IMG/VR virus record: IMGVR_UViG_3300026488_000001
Location: 24,756 to 88,755 of that record
From: a virus
Reading direction: 5' to 3' (one strand)
DNA length: 64,000 bases
Shown: positions 8,837-18,455 of the stretch, one piece after another
Position numbering within the stretch: the first letter of the stretch is position 1
Layout: each line of letters opens with the position of its first letter
Notes under the pieces: generated by a model
Database searches by the model: none
What the model was told of the DNA's origin: nothing
Seen by the model: the letters and a program-made list of their open reading frames with translations, nothing else
Translations under genes and position numbers: made by a program

Positions 8837-10670
8837 TCTTTTTGACGGTATTTCTTGTGGTAGGTTAGCATTGGATAGAGCTGGAATTAAATATGAAAAA
8901 TATTATGCAAGTGAAATTGATAAATATGCAATAGCGGTAACTAGGTATAATTATCCTGATACAATATTTGTCGGAGACATTAGGAATCTAAAAGGAGAAG
9001 ATTTTAAAGATATAGATTTAATAATGGGAGGAAGTCCTTGTTTTGCTGAAGGAACAAAAGTTTTGACAAAAGAAGGATATAAAAATATTGAAGATATTAA
9101 ACTAAATGATTATGTCTTAACACATAATAAAAGATTTTGTAGAGTACTAGATATAGGTTATAGATATGCTGAGACTTATATTGTAAAAGCTCAAGGAATT
9201 TTATCTATTGAAACAACTTTTAATCACCCATTTTTAGTTAGAGAAATAAGTTGGAAATGGAATAGCAAAAAAAGAACTAAAGAAAGAGTTTGGTCAGAAC
9301 CAAAATGGAAAAATGCGGAGAAGTTAACAAAAAATGATTTTATAGGAATTCCTATAATTGAAATTGAAGAACTAGCATTGTCACTACAGTTAGCAGTAAC
9401 TAAAGTTTATAAAGTTAATAGTTCTATTTATTTCTATAAAAGACCTAATAAGTATATTATTGAAGGAAGAATTGTAAATCAAAATGATACTTATTTTGTT
9501 GAATTTAGAACAGGCAATAGAAAACAGCGAAGAGCAGTAGTTATAGATGGAATAGTTTGGGTTCCTGTAAAAGAAGTAATAAAAACAGGACTATTTAAGA
9601 AAGTTTATAATTTAGAAGTAGAAAACGATAATACATATACAGCTAATAATGTTATTGTTCACAATTGTCAAAATTTTAGTTTTTCTGGTAAAAAGCAAGG
9701 AATGATAACAAAAGAGAAAATAGAAGTAACTACGCTTGAACAATATTTGGAATTAAAGGAACAAGGGTTTGAATTTGAAGGACAATCTTATCTCTTTTGG
9801 GAATTTGTAAGATTATTAAAAGAAATTAAACCTAAATGGTTTTTACTTGAAAATGTTAGAATGGCCAAAAAGTGGAGGGATGTTATTACAAATGCTTTAG
9901 AAGTAGAACCTATTGAAATTAATTCTGCTTTAGTTTCAGCTCAAAATAGAAGAAGGTTATATTGGACTAATATCCCTGTTAAGGGATTACCAAAAGATAA
10001 AGGTATTTTGTTGAAAGATATATTAGAGGATGAAGTTGATGAAAAATATTATCTTGATAAAGGGATAGAAATTTTAAATAAACAGAAAGGAGGTCTTTGT
10101 AAAGAGATTGGTAAACTTGAAATTAAAGGTTTTGATTGTATAAGAAGAGTTTATAGTCCAGAAGGAAAGTCTCCAACATTGATTGCAATGCAAGGAGGTT
10201 ATAGGCAACCTAAAATAATTGAAGAAAAGTATTACCTATCAGAGAAACATTTTAAAGCATTTTTAAAAAGTTATAAAAACTTTAGTTTAGATGATAGAAA
10301 CAGTAAATCTAAACCGTTACTCGCAACTTATTATAAACAACCACCTCATTGCCCTTATATTTTAGATAAGGACAAATCTCTTTGTATGGATGCTTGTTAT
10401 TACAAAGGTGGGAACTTAAAACAATATTTTGAGAAACATAGAAGACAACTTGTTTTTAAAGTTAATGAAGAAAATAAGGTTAGAGTTAGAAGACTTACTC
10501 CTCTTGAATGTGAAAGACTACAAACTCTTCCGGATAATTATACTCAATATGGTTTATTTGATGACGGAAAGATAAGAAAGATTTCAGACACGCAAAGGTA
10601 TAAAATGATAGGGAATGGTTGGACTGTTGATGTAATAGCTTGGATTTTCTCATTTATAAATGATGAATGA
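8820..10670 (+). CDS. C5-cytosine DNA methyltransferase containing an intein
   Basis: LSLFDGISCG, GGSP/C, ENV, QNRRRLYW, RRLTPLECERLQ, GNGW. Confidence 0.92.
   Translation: MRNILSLFDGISCGRLALDRAGIKYEKYYASEIDKYAIAVTRYNYPDTIFVGDIRNLKGEDFKDIDLIMGGSPCFAEGTKVLTKEGYKNIEDIKLNDYVLTHNKRFCRVLDIGYRYAETYIVKAQGILSIETTFNHPFLVREISWKWNSKKRTKERVWSEPKWKNAEKLTKNDFIGIPIIEIEELALSLQLAVTKVYKVNSSIYFYKRPNKYIIEGRIVNQNDTYFVEFRTGNRKQRRAVVIDGIVWVPVKEVIKTGLFKKVYNLEVENDNTYTANNVIVHNCQNFSFSGKKQGMITKEKIEVTTLEQYLELKEQGFEFEGQSYLFWEFVRLLKEIKPKWFLLENVRMAKKWRDVITNALEVEPIEINSALVSAQNRRRLYWTNIPVKGLPKDKGILLKDILEDEVDEKYYLDKGIEILNKQKGGLCKEIGKLEIKGFDCIRRVYSPEGKSPTLIAMQGGYRQPKIIEEKYYLSEKHFKAFLKSYKNFSLDDRNSKSKPLLATYYKQPPHCPYILDKDKSLCMDACYYKGGNLKQYFEKHRRQLVFKVNEENKVRVRRLTPLECERLQTLPDNYTQYGLFDDGKIRKISDTQRYKMIGNGWTVDVIAWIFSFINDE
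9039..9665 (+). mobile_element. 209-aa cis intein inserted at the catalytic Pro-Cys; no intact endonuclease evident
   Basis: CFAEGT start, TTFNHPF block B, VYNLEVENDNTY...IVHN end; +1 residue is the catalytic Cys (SP|CQNFS). Confidence 0.92.
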
Positions 10671-10678
10671 GGTAGATT

Positions 10679-10861
10679 ATGAGTTGTAATCACCAATGGG
10701 AGGAGGTTAAAGTTAAATCAAAACATTACAGATTTTGTCAAACTTGTTTTAAGATTCAGGTTTACGACAATAGATTAGGTTGGAGACTGTTAACAGATTT
10801 GGAAAAAGTAAAATTGATAAAACTCCTGAAAAAGATAATAAGGAGAAGTAAGTATGGGTAA
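10679..10861 (+). CDS. small Cys/His protein
   Basis: CNHQW...CQTC; SD GAGGT. Confidence 0.6.
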   Translation: MSCNHQWEEVKVKSKHYRFCQTCFKIQVYDNRLGWRLLTDLEKVKLIKLLKKIIRRSKYG

Positions 10862-11378
10862 GAACAAATCTAAAAACAAAGGAAAACAATTTGAAGAAAG
10901 AGTAGCTAAAATTTTTAGAGAATGTTGGCATCTTTCAAAGCATGAATGTCACCGTGCTTTATCATCAGGAACTTATCAAGTAGACTATTCAGATATTGTA
11001 TTCTCTCCAGAAACTATTGAAAGACCTCATCTAATAGTAGAATGTAAAAAACGAAAATCTGTTCCTGCTAATCAACTTTTAACTTTTACTTCAGAATTCA
11101 ACAATTGGTTAGAACAGGTAGAAGAAGCATCAGAGAAATACTTTCAGCATTTTCAAGTTTATCCGGTTTCATTAATAGTTTTTGCAGTTAATAATATGAG
11201 ACCGATAGTAATAGTTGACCAAGAATTACTCTCATTAATTCCATCTAAACCAGAATTTAATCTTTATCTGATAAAGCACCCGACTTCATTAAATTTTTAC
11301 ATAGTGAACAATAACTATATAGGAACTTGGCTTGATCTATTTTTAAACGAATGTCTTCAACCCAAGTACAGATATTAG
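10854..11378 (+). CDS. Holliday junction resolvase (Hjc-like PD-(D/E)xK)
   Basis: KGKQFEERVA...SDI...IVECK. Confidence 0.75.
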   Translation: MGKNKSKNKGKQFEERVAKIFRECWHLSKHECHRALSSGTYQVDYSDIVFSPETIERPHLIVECKKRKSVPANQLLTFTSEFNNWLEQVEEASEKYFQHFQVYPVSLIVFAVNNMRPIVIVDQELLSLIPSKPEFNLYLIKHPTSLNFYIVNNNYIGTWLDLFLNECLQPKYRY

Positions 11379-11505
11379 TAATTATGCAATAGTTTTAATC
11401 AAAATTATTATAATTTTAGAAGCTCTATCTATCTAAGTTAAATAGATATTGCTAATATTTAACTAACGAAATCAGACCCTTCTTATGTTTCCCTCCTTCA
11501 CAAAC

Positions 11506-11534
11506 AGGGAGGCTAATTTAGCCTCCCTTTTCTT
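11506..11534 (+). terminator. intrinsic terminator ending the early/middle block
   Basis: AGGGAGGCT-AATTT-AGCCTCCCT followed by a T-rich run. Confidence 0.7.
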
Positions 11535-11546
11535 AAAGAGGTAACT

Positions 11547-12026
11547 ATGAAGAAACCGATAGTGAAAGTTCAAACTGAGCTTGATAAGCAACTAACCAAT
11601 CTTAGAGATTATCTTGAAGGTAATCAAACTGAATTCAAATTAGACCCGGATTTAGATTCACTTAAACTTGAAGTAGCTTCTTTTACAAGGTTAATGATAA
11701 AGAAGTATATGTCCAGATTAATTAAACTAGGAGAAAAACTTGAAACTTTAGAAGATGAATTACTTTCCAATGCTAATTTCTCTAACTTTATAGAACAAGT
11801 AGAATTCTATAATGGTTTAGTTCAAGCCTATAATTCAGTATTCAACAACCTTAAATCCTTAGTACCAATTTTAAAAGAACTTTCCAAGCTATCTCAATCA
11901 GTAGAATTAAGAGTAGTAGAAACTGAAGAAGATTCTTCTATACTAGAACAATTAGAAATAAACCAAGAGACTAGAAACACTCTAAAAGAAATATTAAGTT
12001 CAGTAGTAGAACACTTAGAAGTGTAA
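11547..12026 (+). CDS. putative terminase small subunit
   Basis: Helical coiled-coil protein directly upstream of terL; positional inference only. Confidence 0.45.
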   Translation: MKKPIVKVQTELDKQLTNLRDYLEGNQTEFKLDPDLDSLKLEVASFTRLMIKKYMSRLIKLGEKLETLEDELLSNANFSNFIEQVEFYNGLVQAYNSVFNNLKSLVPILKELSKLSQSVELRVVETEEDSSILEQLEINQETRNTLKEILSSVVEHLEV

Positions 12027-12055
12027 TATATTAATAAACAAAATCCATTTATTAA

Positions 12056-12137
12056 GCTGGGGCAGGGTAGGAGAGCCTGAGCTGGCCACTCAGGTTAAAG
12101 GGATTCCCAGCGTCCCTTCTCCTACCCTGCAAATCCC
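12056..12137 (+). ncRNA. GC-rich three-way-junction structured element
   Basis: 13-bp outer stem 12062-12074/12118-12130 enclosing hairpins 12075-12095 and 12098-12118, whose loops are complementary. Confidence 0.6.
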
Positions 12138-12161
12138 TAACAATCTAAAAAGAGTTCAATA

Positions 12162-12566
12162 ATGCTAAACCAACTAATCAATAAACTAAAAACCTTACCT
12201 CCTAAAGAGAAGTCTATATTAAAGAGATTAATTGAAAAGTTCCAAAATGACCCCCAATCCTTACTCCAATTGTATGCTGAACTTGAAGGTTATAAAGAAG
12301 TACCAGTAGATATAATAACATTTATAGAACACCCTAAATATTTAGGCCTTTCTTTAGGGGGTAAGATATACCCAGTATGGAAAGAAGCTCTAAAAACAAT
12401 TTTCCCTAACCCATTCTACTCTCCTTATTATGAGTGCATCTACACTGGAGCAATAGGGGTTGGGAAATGTCTTGGAAATCAACAACTTATAGAAGTTTAT
12501 ATGAATGAAGAAGATATAAAGAAATATGGATTAGAAGAGTTCATAATAGAGGAAAGCAATGAGTAA
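12162..12566 (+). CDS. terL: terminase large subunit N-terminal fragment fused to 32-aa split-intein N part
   Basis: PVDIITFIEHPKYLG; Walker A GAIGVGK followed directly by CLGNQQLIEV... (Cys codon at 12468). Confidence 0.88.
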   Translation: MLNQLINKLKTLPPKEKSILKRLIEKFQNDPQSLLQLYAELEGYKEVPVDIITFIEHPKYLGLSLGGKIYPVWKEALKTIFPNPFYSPYYECIYTGAIGVGKCLGNQQLIEVYMNEEDIKKYGLEEFIIEESNE

Positions 12567-13533
12567 TCCCAAGATAGTAATAACAGAGTTTAGAAAACCT
12601 ATTATCTTCATTCATACTCTAGATGAGCTTCTTTTCCATCTAAAAGAAAAGACTAAACATTTTACCCACCCTGTTGTTCGTCTTACTCCTGAGATAATTG
12701 AATGGTTTAACTCACTTCAAGAACCTTTTTATGTTCCAAAAGGTAAATATGCTAAATTCCATACAGTAATATGGAAAGAGGTTTATGGTAAAGAGGAGTG
12801 GTTTAGCTCTCAAATAATAAGAGCAAATTTAAATCCATATTACTACTACATTAGGGGTTATACAGAAGATGAGGCTAAGGTTTTAATGGAGGAAATGCGT
12901 AAAAAGAATAGTGAAGGTGTTTCCAAAGCTTTCTCTTCTATGACTCCAGAAGAAAGAAAAGCTAAATTTGGTGTGTTTTCTGATGAATATCTGAAAAAGA
13001 AGTATGGTAAAGAAGAAGGTTATAAGAAGTGGAAAGAAAGGAATGAAAAGTGGGCTAAGACAATGTCCCAAAAAGAGAATGTTATCCCTTATGGTAGGAA
13101 TGATGAGTATATAGGATTTTCTAAAATATCACAACAACTGTTTGATAAGGTTGTTCAAAGGTTAGCTGAGTACTTCCCTATGGGAGTAATGGGAATTCAA
13201 TATGCTACTTTTAAAGAGGGTAAGAAAGTTCAGGCAAAACATTTTATGGAAAATGAGAAAAGATTTGGTACTAAGTTTGTAGACTTTTATGATGAAATAT
13301 CTAATGTTGTAATAGAGTTTGATGGTGCAGAATTCCACGATGATCCTGAAAGAGATTTAAAAAGATTGGAAGTAATTTATAATGCATCAAAAGCTTTTAT
13401 TCTTCGTATTCCAGAGGATTTACCAAGACGAGTAGGATTTGACAAACTTGCTAGAGTGATAGCAGACTACTTAATAAAAGTGAGAAACTATGGCTTTAAA
13501 GAAACTGAGAATTCCAATAGGGTTACTGTTTAA
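12559..13533 (+). CDS. free-standing Vsr/EDxHD-like homing endonuclease
   Basis: C-terminal VDFYD...VIEFDGAEFHD...RD; overlaps both terL halves. Confidence 0.72.
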   Translation: MSNPKIVITEFRKPIIFIHTLDELLFHLKEKTKHFTHPVVRLTPEIIEWFNSLQEPFYVPKGKYAKFHTVIWKEVYGKEEWFSSQIIRANLNPYYYYIRGYTEDEAKVLMEEMRKKNSEGVSKAFSSMTPEERKAKFGVFSDEYLKKKYGKEEGYKKWKERNEKWAKTMSQKENVIPYGRNDEYIGFSKISQQLFDKVVQRLAEYFPMGVMGIQYATFKEGKKVQAKHFMENEKRFGTKFVDFYDEISNVVIEFDGAEFHDDPERDLKRLEVIYNASKAFILRIPEDLPRRVGFDKLARVIADYLIKVRNYGFKETENSNRVTV

Positions 13534-15448
13534 AAAGTTAGGAATAGAACATAACCCTGATAAGGAAGAGCAAGTTCATAACCCTCCTTGCGATGTTTAT
13601 ATTTCTACTCCAGAAAACAACTTGGCTAAAGTAAATTTCTTTGTAACTAAAGAAACTGAAGTATGTGAATATGAATTAGAGAACGGTTCTACTCTTATAA
13701 CCTCAACTAAACATATAGTACTAGAGAATGGAAAAGAAACTTTCATAGATAAAGCTGAGTCAGTAGATAATGTAGATGGTAAGTCTTATAAGATATGTAC
13801 TAAGAGGTATAGAGGCAAAGAGGTAGCTTATGACTTAAGTATAGACTATCCTCACCTTTACATTACTCCTGATGGGTCTATTCATCATAATACTACGATA
13901 GCAAGAATTGTTTTGCTATATGATCTTTATAAACTTCTCTTATTAAGAGATCCTCACAAAAAATTTAACCTAATACCTACTGATAGAATAGTTATAGCTC
14001 TCTTCAACGCTACATTAGGACTAGCTGATCAGGTTTTATATGAACCATTTAAAAACCTAATAGCCAATTCAGAATTTTTCCAAGAACACTTAGATGCTGA
14101 AAATAAGAAAACATCAGAGATTAGGTTTGTTAACAACATAGGTATAGTAGCAGGTTCAAGATTTACTCATACCCTTGGTATGGCTGTATTTGGAGGTTTA
14201 TTAGACGAAGCTAATTTTGATGTAATATCTAATCAAGCTCAGGAAAGTTATAATGCACTTCTTAGAAGAATGGAATCAAGGTTTGCTCAGGCTGGTGGCA
14301 AACTTCCTGGACATCTTTGCCTTGTTTCTTCTGAAAAGAGTCCTACCGATTTTGTTTCTCAACACAGAGAAAAAGTAAGAGGAAAACAAGGAGTAATAAT
14401 CTTTCAATATCCTATATGGGAAGTTAAAAAACATTTAGGTATCTACTCAGGTAAAACCTTCAAAGTATTTATAGGAGATGAAACTACTGATCCATTCATA
14501 ATAGAAGATGAATCTCAACTACAATATATAGATGAAACCAAAGTAATAGATGTTCCAATAGAGTTAAAAGATAAATTTGAACTAGACTTACATAATGCTA
14601 TAAGAGACTTAGCTGGTTATTCAGTAGGTTCAACTCATAGAATTTTTAAATCTAAAAACATACTCATAAAACAAGCATCCGTTATTAACCCTGTTAACCA
14701 ACAGATAATAAGACTTTCCTTTAATGACAAATCAGATGTCTTAATTAACTACTTCAACATAAACTACCTAAAGAACCCACTCTTTAAAGAATGTCCAAGA
14801 GTTATCCATATAGACCTTTCTATAACAGGAGACAGAACAGGTATAGCTTCAGGTTACATAAAAGGTTACAAAACAATAGAAAGAGTTGATCCACTAACCT
14901 TAGAAAAACATATTTTCTCTGAACCAGAAGTAGTTATTGATTTTGTAACCTATATAGAACCTTTACCAGGAGAGAGAATTCCATTTTACAAGATAAGACA
15001 ATTCATAGTAGATTTATCAAGAATAGGTTACCCAGTAGCAATGGTAACTACTGACGGATTCCAATCTGAAGATATGAGACAACAGTTAACTCAAATGGGT
15101 TATAAAACTGCTTTACTATCAGTAGATAGAACTAAAGACCCTTACCTTTCCTTTAGAGATGCTATATATGAAGAAAGAGTTTGGATACCTAAACACGACT
15201 TACTGATTAAAGAACTATTACATGTAGAAGATATAGGTAAGAAGATAGACCATCCTCAAGAGTTTCCTGATGGTACTAAAGGTAGTAAGGATGGTGCTGA
15301 TGCAGTAGTAGGAGTTTACTGGAACTTGGTAACTAATAAAGATTTAATTAAACAATTAGCTTTCCAAAGAATTCATAAAACAGAAGTCAAAGAAGAAGAA
15401 CAAAGGCAAAGTGTAGCAAATCTTTTTTGGAAAGATCAAATAGATTAG
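13490..15448 (+). CDS. terL: 134-aa split-intein C part fused to terminase large subunit C-terminal fragment
   Basis: LITSTKH block B, YDLSID...SIHHN|TT; Walker B LLDEANF; nuclease motifs HIDLS and KDGADAV. Confidence 0.9.
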   Translation: MALKKLRIPIGLLFKKLGIEHNPDKEEQVHNPPCDVYISTPENNLAKVNFFVTKETEVCEYELENGSTLITSTKHIVLENGKETFIDKAESVDNVDGKSYKICTKRYRGKEVAYDLSIDYPHLYITPDGSIHHNTTIARIVLLYDLYKLLLLRDPHKKFNLIPTDRIVIALFNATLGLADQVLYEPFKNLIANSEFFQEHLDAENKKTSEIRFVNNIGIVAGSRFTHTLGMAVFGGLLDEANFDVISNQAQESYNALLRRMESRFAQAGGKLPGHLCLVSSEKSPTDFVSQHREKVRGKQGVIIFQYPIWEVKKHLGIYSGKTFKVFIGDETTDPFIIEDESQLQYIDETKVIDVPIELKDKFELDLHNAIRDLAGYSVGSTHRIFKSKNILIKQASVINPVNQQIIRLSFNDKSDVLINYFNINYLKNPLFKECPRVIHIDLSITGDRTGIASGYIKGYKTIERVDPLTLEKHIFSEPEVVIDFVTYIEPLPGERIPFYKIRQFIVDLSRIGYPVAMVTTDGFQSEDMRQQLTQMGYKTALLSVDRTKDPYLSFRDAIYEERVWIPKHDLLIKELLHVEDIGKKIDHPQEFPDGTKGSKDGADAVVGVYWNLVTNKDLIKQLAFQRIHKTEVKEEEQRQSVANLFWKDQID

Positions 15449-15559
15449 TAATACTAATTAGGTAAATAGTAATACCAAGTATCACTTCTTTTGATTGATT
15501 ATAGGAAATTTTAAATCAAGATATTACTAAGTATTACGATTTACTTAAAAAGTAATACT
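15445..15559. repeat. 115-bp internally symmetric intergenic repeat, copy 1
   Basis: Near-identical (3 mismatches) to 28555-28669; six AGTAATACT-like boxes. Confidence 0.9.
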
Positions 15560-15572
15560 ACAAAGGAAGATA

Positions 15573-17048
15573 ATGATGGGATTGCTTTCAAAAATATTAA
15601 GTGGACTCGGTTTAGACTTTTATCCTGAGCTTAACGAACAAGTTAATACTACTTCTTACCAACCTAAACAAGACCAAGTTAAATTTGATAAGTCAGATTT
15701 TAGGATTGTATCAGAACTTGTATCTAAGTATCTTGAAGTAACAAAGAACTTTCAAGGATTTTACAAGGAAATAGAAAGAGTAAGGGAAACTTACATAGCA
15801 GAAGTAATACTAGATCAATTTACTTTTGATGCTTTAACTCCAGATGTTTCATCTGACAATATAATAGATATAGTTCCTAACATTGACTCTAAGGAAATAG
15901 AAAAAGGTTTAGAAGATTTCCAAGAAAAGATAAATGTAGACAGATTAGTTCAAGATATAACTCCTGATTTAATAGCTTTTGGAACATACACAGTTAAACC
16001 TGTTATTGAAGAAGGAGAAGGATTAGTAGAAATAAAGGATGAAGAATTACCTTATGAAGTAATTCCGTTCTATAAGGGAACTGAAATTGAATTTTATCTG
16101 AAACTTAATGAGAAAGGACAACCTGAATTTTATCAACCTTATGAGTATGTAACATTTTTTGTTAATGCAAGAAGAATAAGGGTAAGGATTGATAAATCCA
16201 TAATAAGAAACTTACCACAAGATAAACTTGATAAGATTCCTACTTTCCTTAAGGTAGGAACTCCTCTCTTTACAACAGGTGTTATAAAGAAGATTAAAGA
16301 ACTTGACTTACTTGAAAAGCTAATACCTGCATCTAAAATTCAAATGCTTTCTAAAGGCAATGTAGTAGGCGTATATGTTCCACCTTCAATGTCTCCAGAT
16401 GAAGCTCTAAGTTTTGCTAAGCAACTTGAAAGGAAACTCAACTCTTTAGGTATATCAGTAGATAAAGATTTAGATCAACTCTCAATAACTGAAATACTTA
16501 AAGGTGCTGGTAGAATAAAAGTAATACCTGTTACATCAGAAAAAGGTCAAGTTACTAAACTCGATTATAAACCAGAAGAACCAAATGATTTATTAAATTC
16601 TATACAAGATTTAAGACAAGTAATCCTTACTTCCGTTGGGATACCTCCTGAACTCATATTCAATACTGGTAATAATACTAAAGGAGAAACTCTTAAGAGA
16701 TATAGCAGGTATTTAAGGAAACTGAAATATATTCAAAAAGCTATTGTAGATGGATTGAGAGAATTAGTAATGTTACATCTTATCAATAAAGGTATTTCAG
16801 TTACTCCAGAAGACTTTTCAGTTAGATTTGCTAATACTCTCGTAAACATAGATGATTTAGACAAAATTGAGTTTCAAGTTACAGTCGCTCAAAACCTTTC
16901 TGATTTGAATAGATTTGTTCAAGATTTAGGACAAGATGATAATCTTTCTCAGTATGTCGATTATGAAGGTTTTGCTGAATTCTTAAACCAAGAACTTACA
17001 AAGATTGGACTCGACAAGGTGATAAAGTTACCAGGAGAAGAACAATGA
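15573..17048 (+). CDS. portal protein
   Basis: 491 aa directly after terL; DLRQVILTSVGIPPELI helix typical of portals. Confidence 0.75.
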   Translation: MMGLLSKILSGLGLDFYPELNEQVNTTSYQPKQDQVKFDKSDFRIVSELVSKYLEVTKNFQGFYKEIERVRETYIAEVILDQFTFDALTPDVSSDNIIDIVPNIDSKEIEKGLEDFQEKINVDRLVQDITPDLIAFGTYTVKPVIEEGEGLVEIKDEELPYEVIPFYKGTEIEFYLKLNEKGQPEFYQPYEYVTFFVNARRIRVRIDKSIIRNLPQDKLDKIPTFLKVGTPLFTTGVIKKIKELDLLEKLIPASKIQMLSKGNVVGVYVPPSMSPDEALSFAKQLERKLNSLGISVDKDLDQLSITEILKGAGRIKVIPVTSEKGQVTKLDYKPEEPNDLLNSIQDLRQVILTSVGIPPELIFNTGNNTKGETLKRYSRYLRKLKYIQKAIVDGLRELVMLHLINKGISVTPEDFSVRFANTLVNIDDLDKIEFQVTVAQNLSDLNRFVQDLGQDDNLSQYVDYEGFAEFLNQELTKIGLDKVIKLPGEEQ

Positions 17049-17638
17049 AACTTATAAAAGAACTTAATCAACTTTTAGAAGACCTATCAAGTTTAGGTGT
17101 TATTCCTAATAATCCATTAGCTTTAGTAACTTATCAAGATTTTGACTTTGACCTAGATGAATTAGAACAGAGATTCCAACAAAGACTTCAATCTTTAGGT
17201 TATGACGACATACAAGTTCAAATATTGAACTTTGATCCTGATACAGGTGATTTACTAATCAAGTTTATTAATCCTGAAAACCAAGAAGATGTAGAAGTGT
17301 TATTTACAGTAACAGAAGATGGAATACTCGCTGTAGTAGTAAGTGAAGACGACGAACATATTGAAGTAAACCTTTCTAACTTGAATGTTCCATTAGTAGA
17401 ATATGTTTTACAGGTTGGTATTGATTGGGACGAACCTTTAACTTGGTTAACAAAGTCAGTATTAACAGCACTCCTTGAAGCAGGTAGATTGGTAGAATCT
17501 TATTCTCCTGTCAGAGGTAAAAGAAAAGAGAAACTTCCTCTTATAAGGAAAGGGACTTCTGAACAAGCTAAAGTTAATCTAAAAAGGATTAAGGTTAAGA
17601 AATGTGTTAGAAAAGGTAAGTTAAGGAAAAGGAAGTAA
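17045..17638 (+). CDS. head-region protein with shared leader (acidic body, basic tail)
   Basis: Starts MKLIKELNQLLE. Confidence 0.65.
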   Translation: MKLIKELNQLLEDLSSLGVIPNNPLALVTYQDFDFDLDELEQRFQQRLQSLGYDDIQVQILNFDPDTGDLLIKFINPENQEDVEVLFTVTEDGILAVVVSEDDEHIEVNLSNLNVPLVEYVLQVGIDWDEPLTWLTKSVLTALLEAGRLVESYSPVRGKRKEKLPLIRKGTSEQAKVNLKRIKVKKCVRKGKLRKRK

Positions 17639-17664
17639 CTTGATTACAACAAGAGGTTACAGAT

Positions 17665-18435
17665 GTGAAATTTGTAACTGTCAAAGAAAGTGATTCAATA
17701 GAACTTATTCCTCTTGCCGATTTGCACTTAGGTTCAGAACTTACCAACCTAAGAAGAATTCATCAAATAATTGAACACATAAGAGAAAACCCAAAAGCAA
17801 GAGTAGTTATATTAGGAGACCTACTTGAATCAGCTATTATAGGAAGTAAAGGAAATCCTTATAAAGCTAAATCAATAGATGAAGAAGTAAGATTAGCAGT
17901 TTCGGTTCTTAAACCTATTAAGGATAAGATAATAGGAATAATAAGTGGAAATCATAGTAACCGTATCTCCAAAACGATAGGGCTTGATATTTTAGCTTTA
18001 CTATCAAGAAAGTTAGGAATAGATCGGTATTATTCTCCAGATTTCTTAGTTTTAAGAATTTCTCTACCTAAAACAGCTTGGTATGTAGTATTACATCACG
18101 GAGTAGGTGGAGGAAGGTTAAAAGGAGGAAAGATAAATAACTTGCACAGATTTGGTAACATTTTTCCTAATGCAGACATAATTCTAATAGGACATACTCA
18201 CGATTTCATAATGACTGTTGATAAGAAATACATAATAGACAAGAAACACAATTCAATAAAAACTCACAAAACTTTTTACATTAATGTTCCTTCTTTAGCT
18301 ATGGAATACGGTGGGTATGCTTCTTCTTATGCATATCCTCCAAGTGTAACAGGAACGATCAAGATTTATCTTCCTAATATTCCAAATTCTAAGAAAAAGA
18401 CCTTTGAACTAAAGGTTGAACACATATTTGTCTAA
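17665..18435 (+). CDS. calcineurin-like metallophosphoesterase
   Basis: DLHLG, GDLLE, GNH, HHG, GHTH. Confidence 0.88.
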   Translation: MKFVTVKESDSIELIPLADLHLGSELTNLRRIHQIIEHIRENPKARVVILGDLLESAIIGSKGNPYKAKSIDEEVRLAVSVLKPIKDKIIGIISGNHSNRISKTIGLDILALLSRKLGIDRYYSPDFLVLRISLPKTAWYVVLHHGVGGGRLKGGKINNLHRFGNIFPNADIILIGHTHDFIMTVDKKYIIDKKHNSIKTHKTFYINVPSLAMEYGGYASSYAYPPSVTGTIKIYLPNIPNSKKKTFELKVEHIFV

Positions 18436-18455
18436 AGTATTAAAGGAGGATTCCA

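Noticed and set aside
12026-12035. AATATATTAA as a late promoter motif (also near 37744 and 39285)
   Set aside because: Too AT-rich to be significant by eye, and two of the three hits belong to repeat A
12056-12137. Possible tRNA or hammerhead ribozyme
   Set aside because: No D/T-loop consensus or four-arm cloverleaf, and no CUGANGA/GAAA core; kept only as an unknown structured element
12566-13490. Group I intron interrupting terL
   Set aside because: The insert is fully coding with no room for a ribozyme core, and intein motifs explain the split
15445-15559. Mini-CRISPR array
   Set aside because: Boxes are 9 bp with 1-12-bp gaps within each arm; no repeat-spacer periodicity and no cas genes
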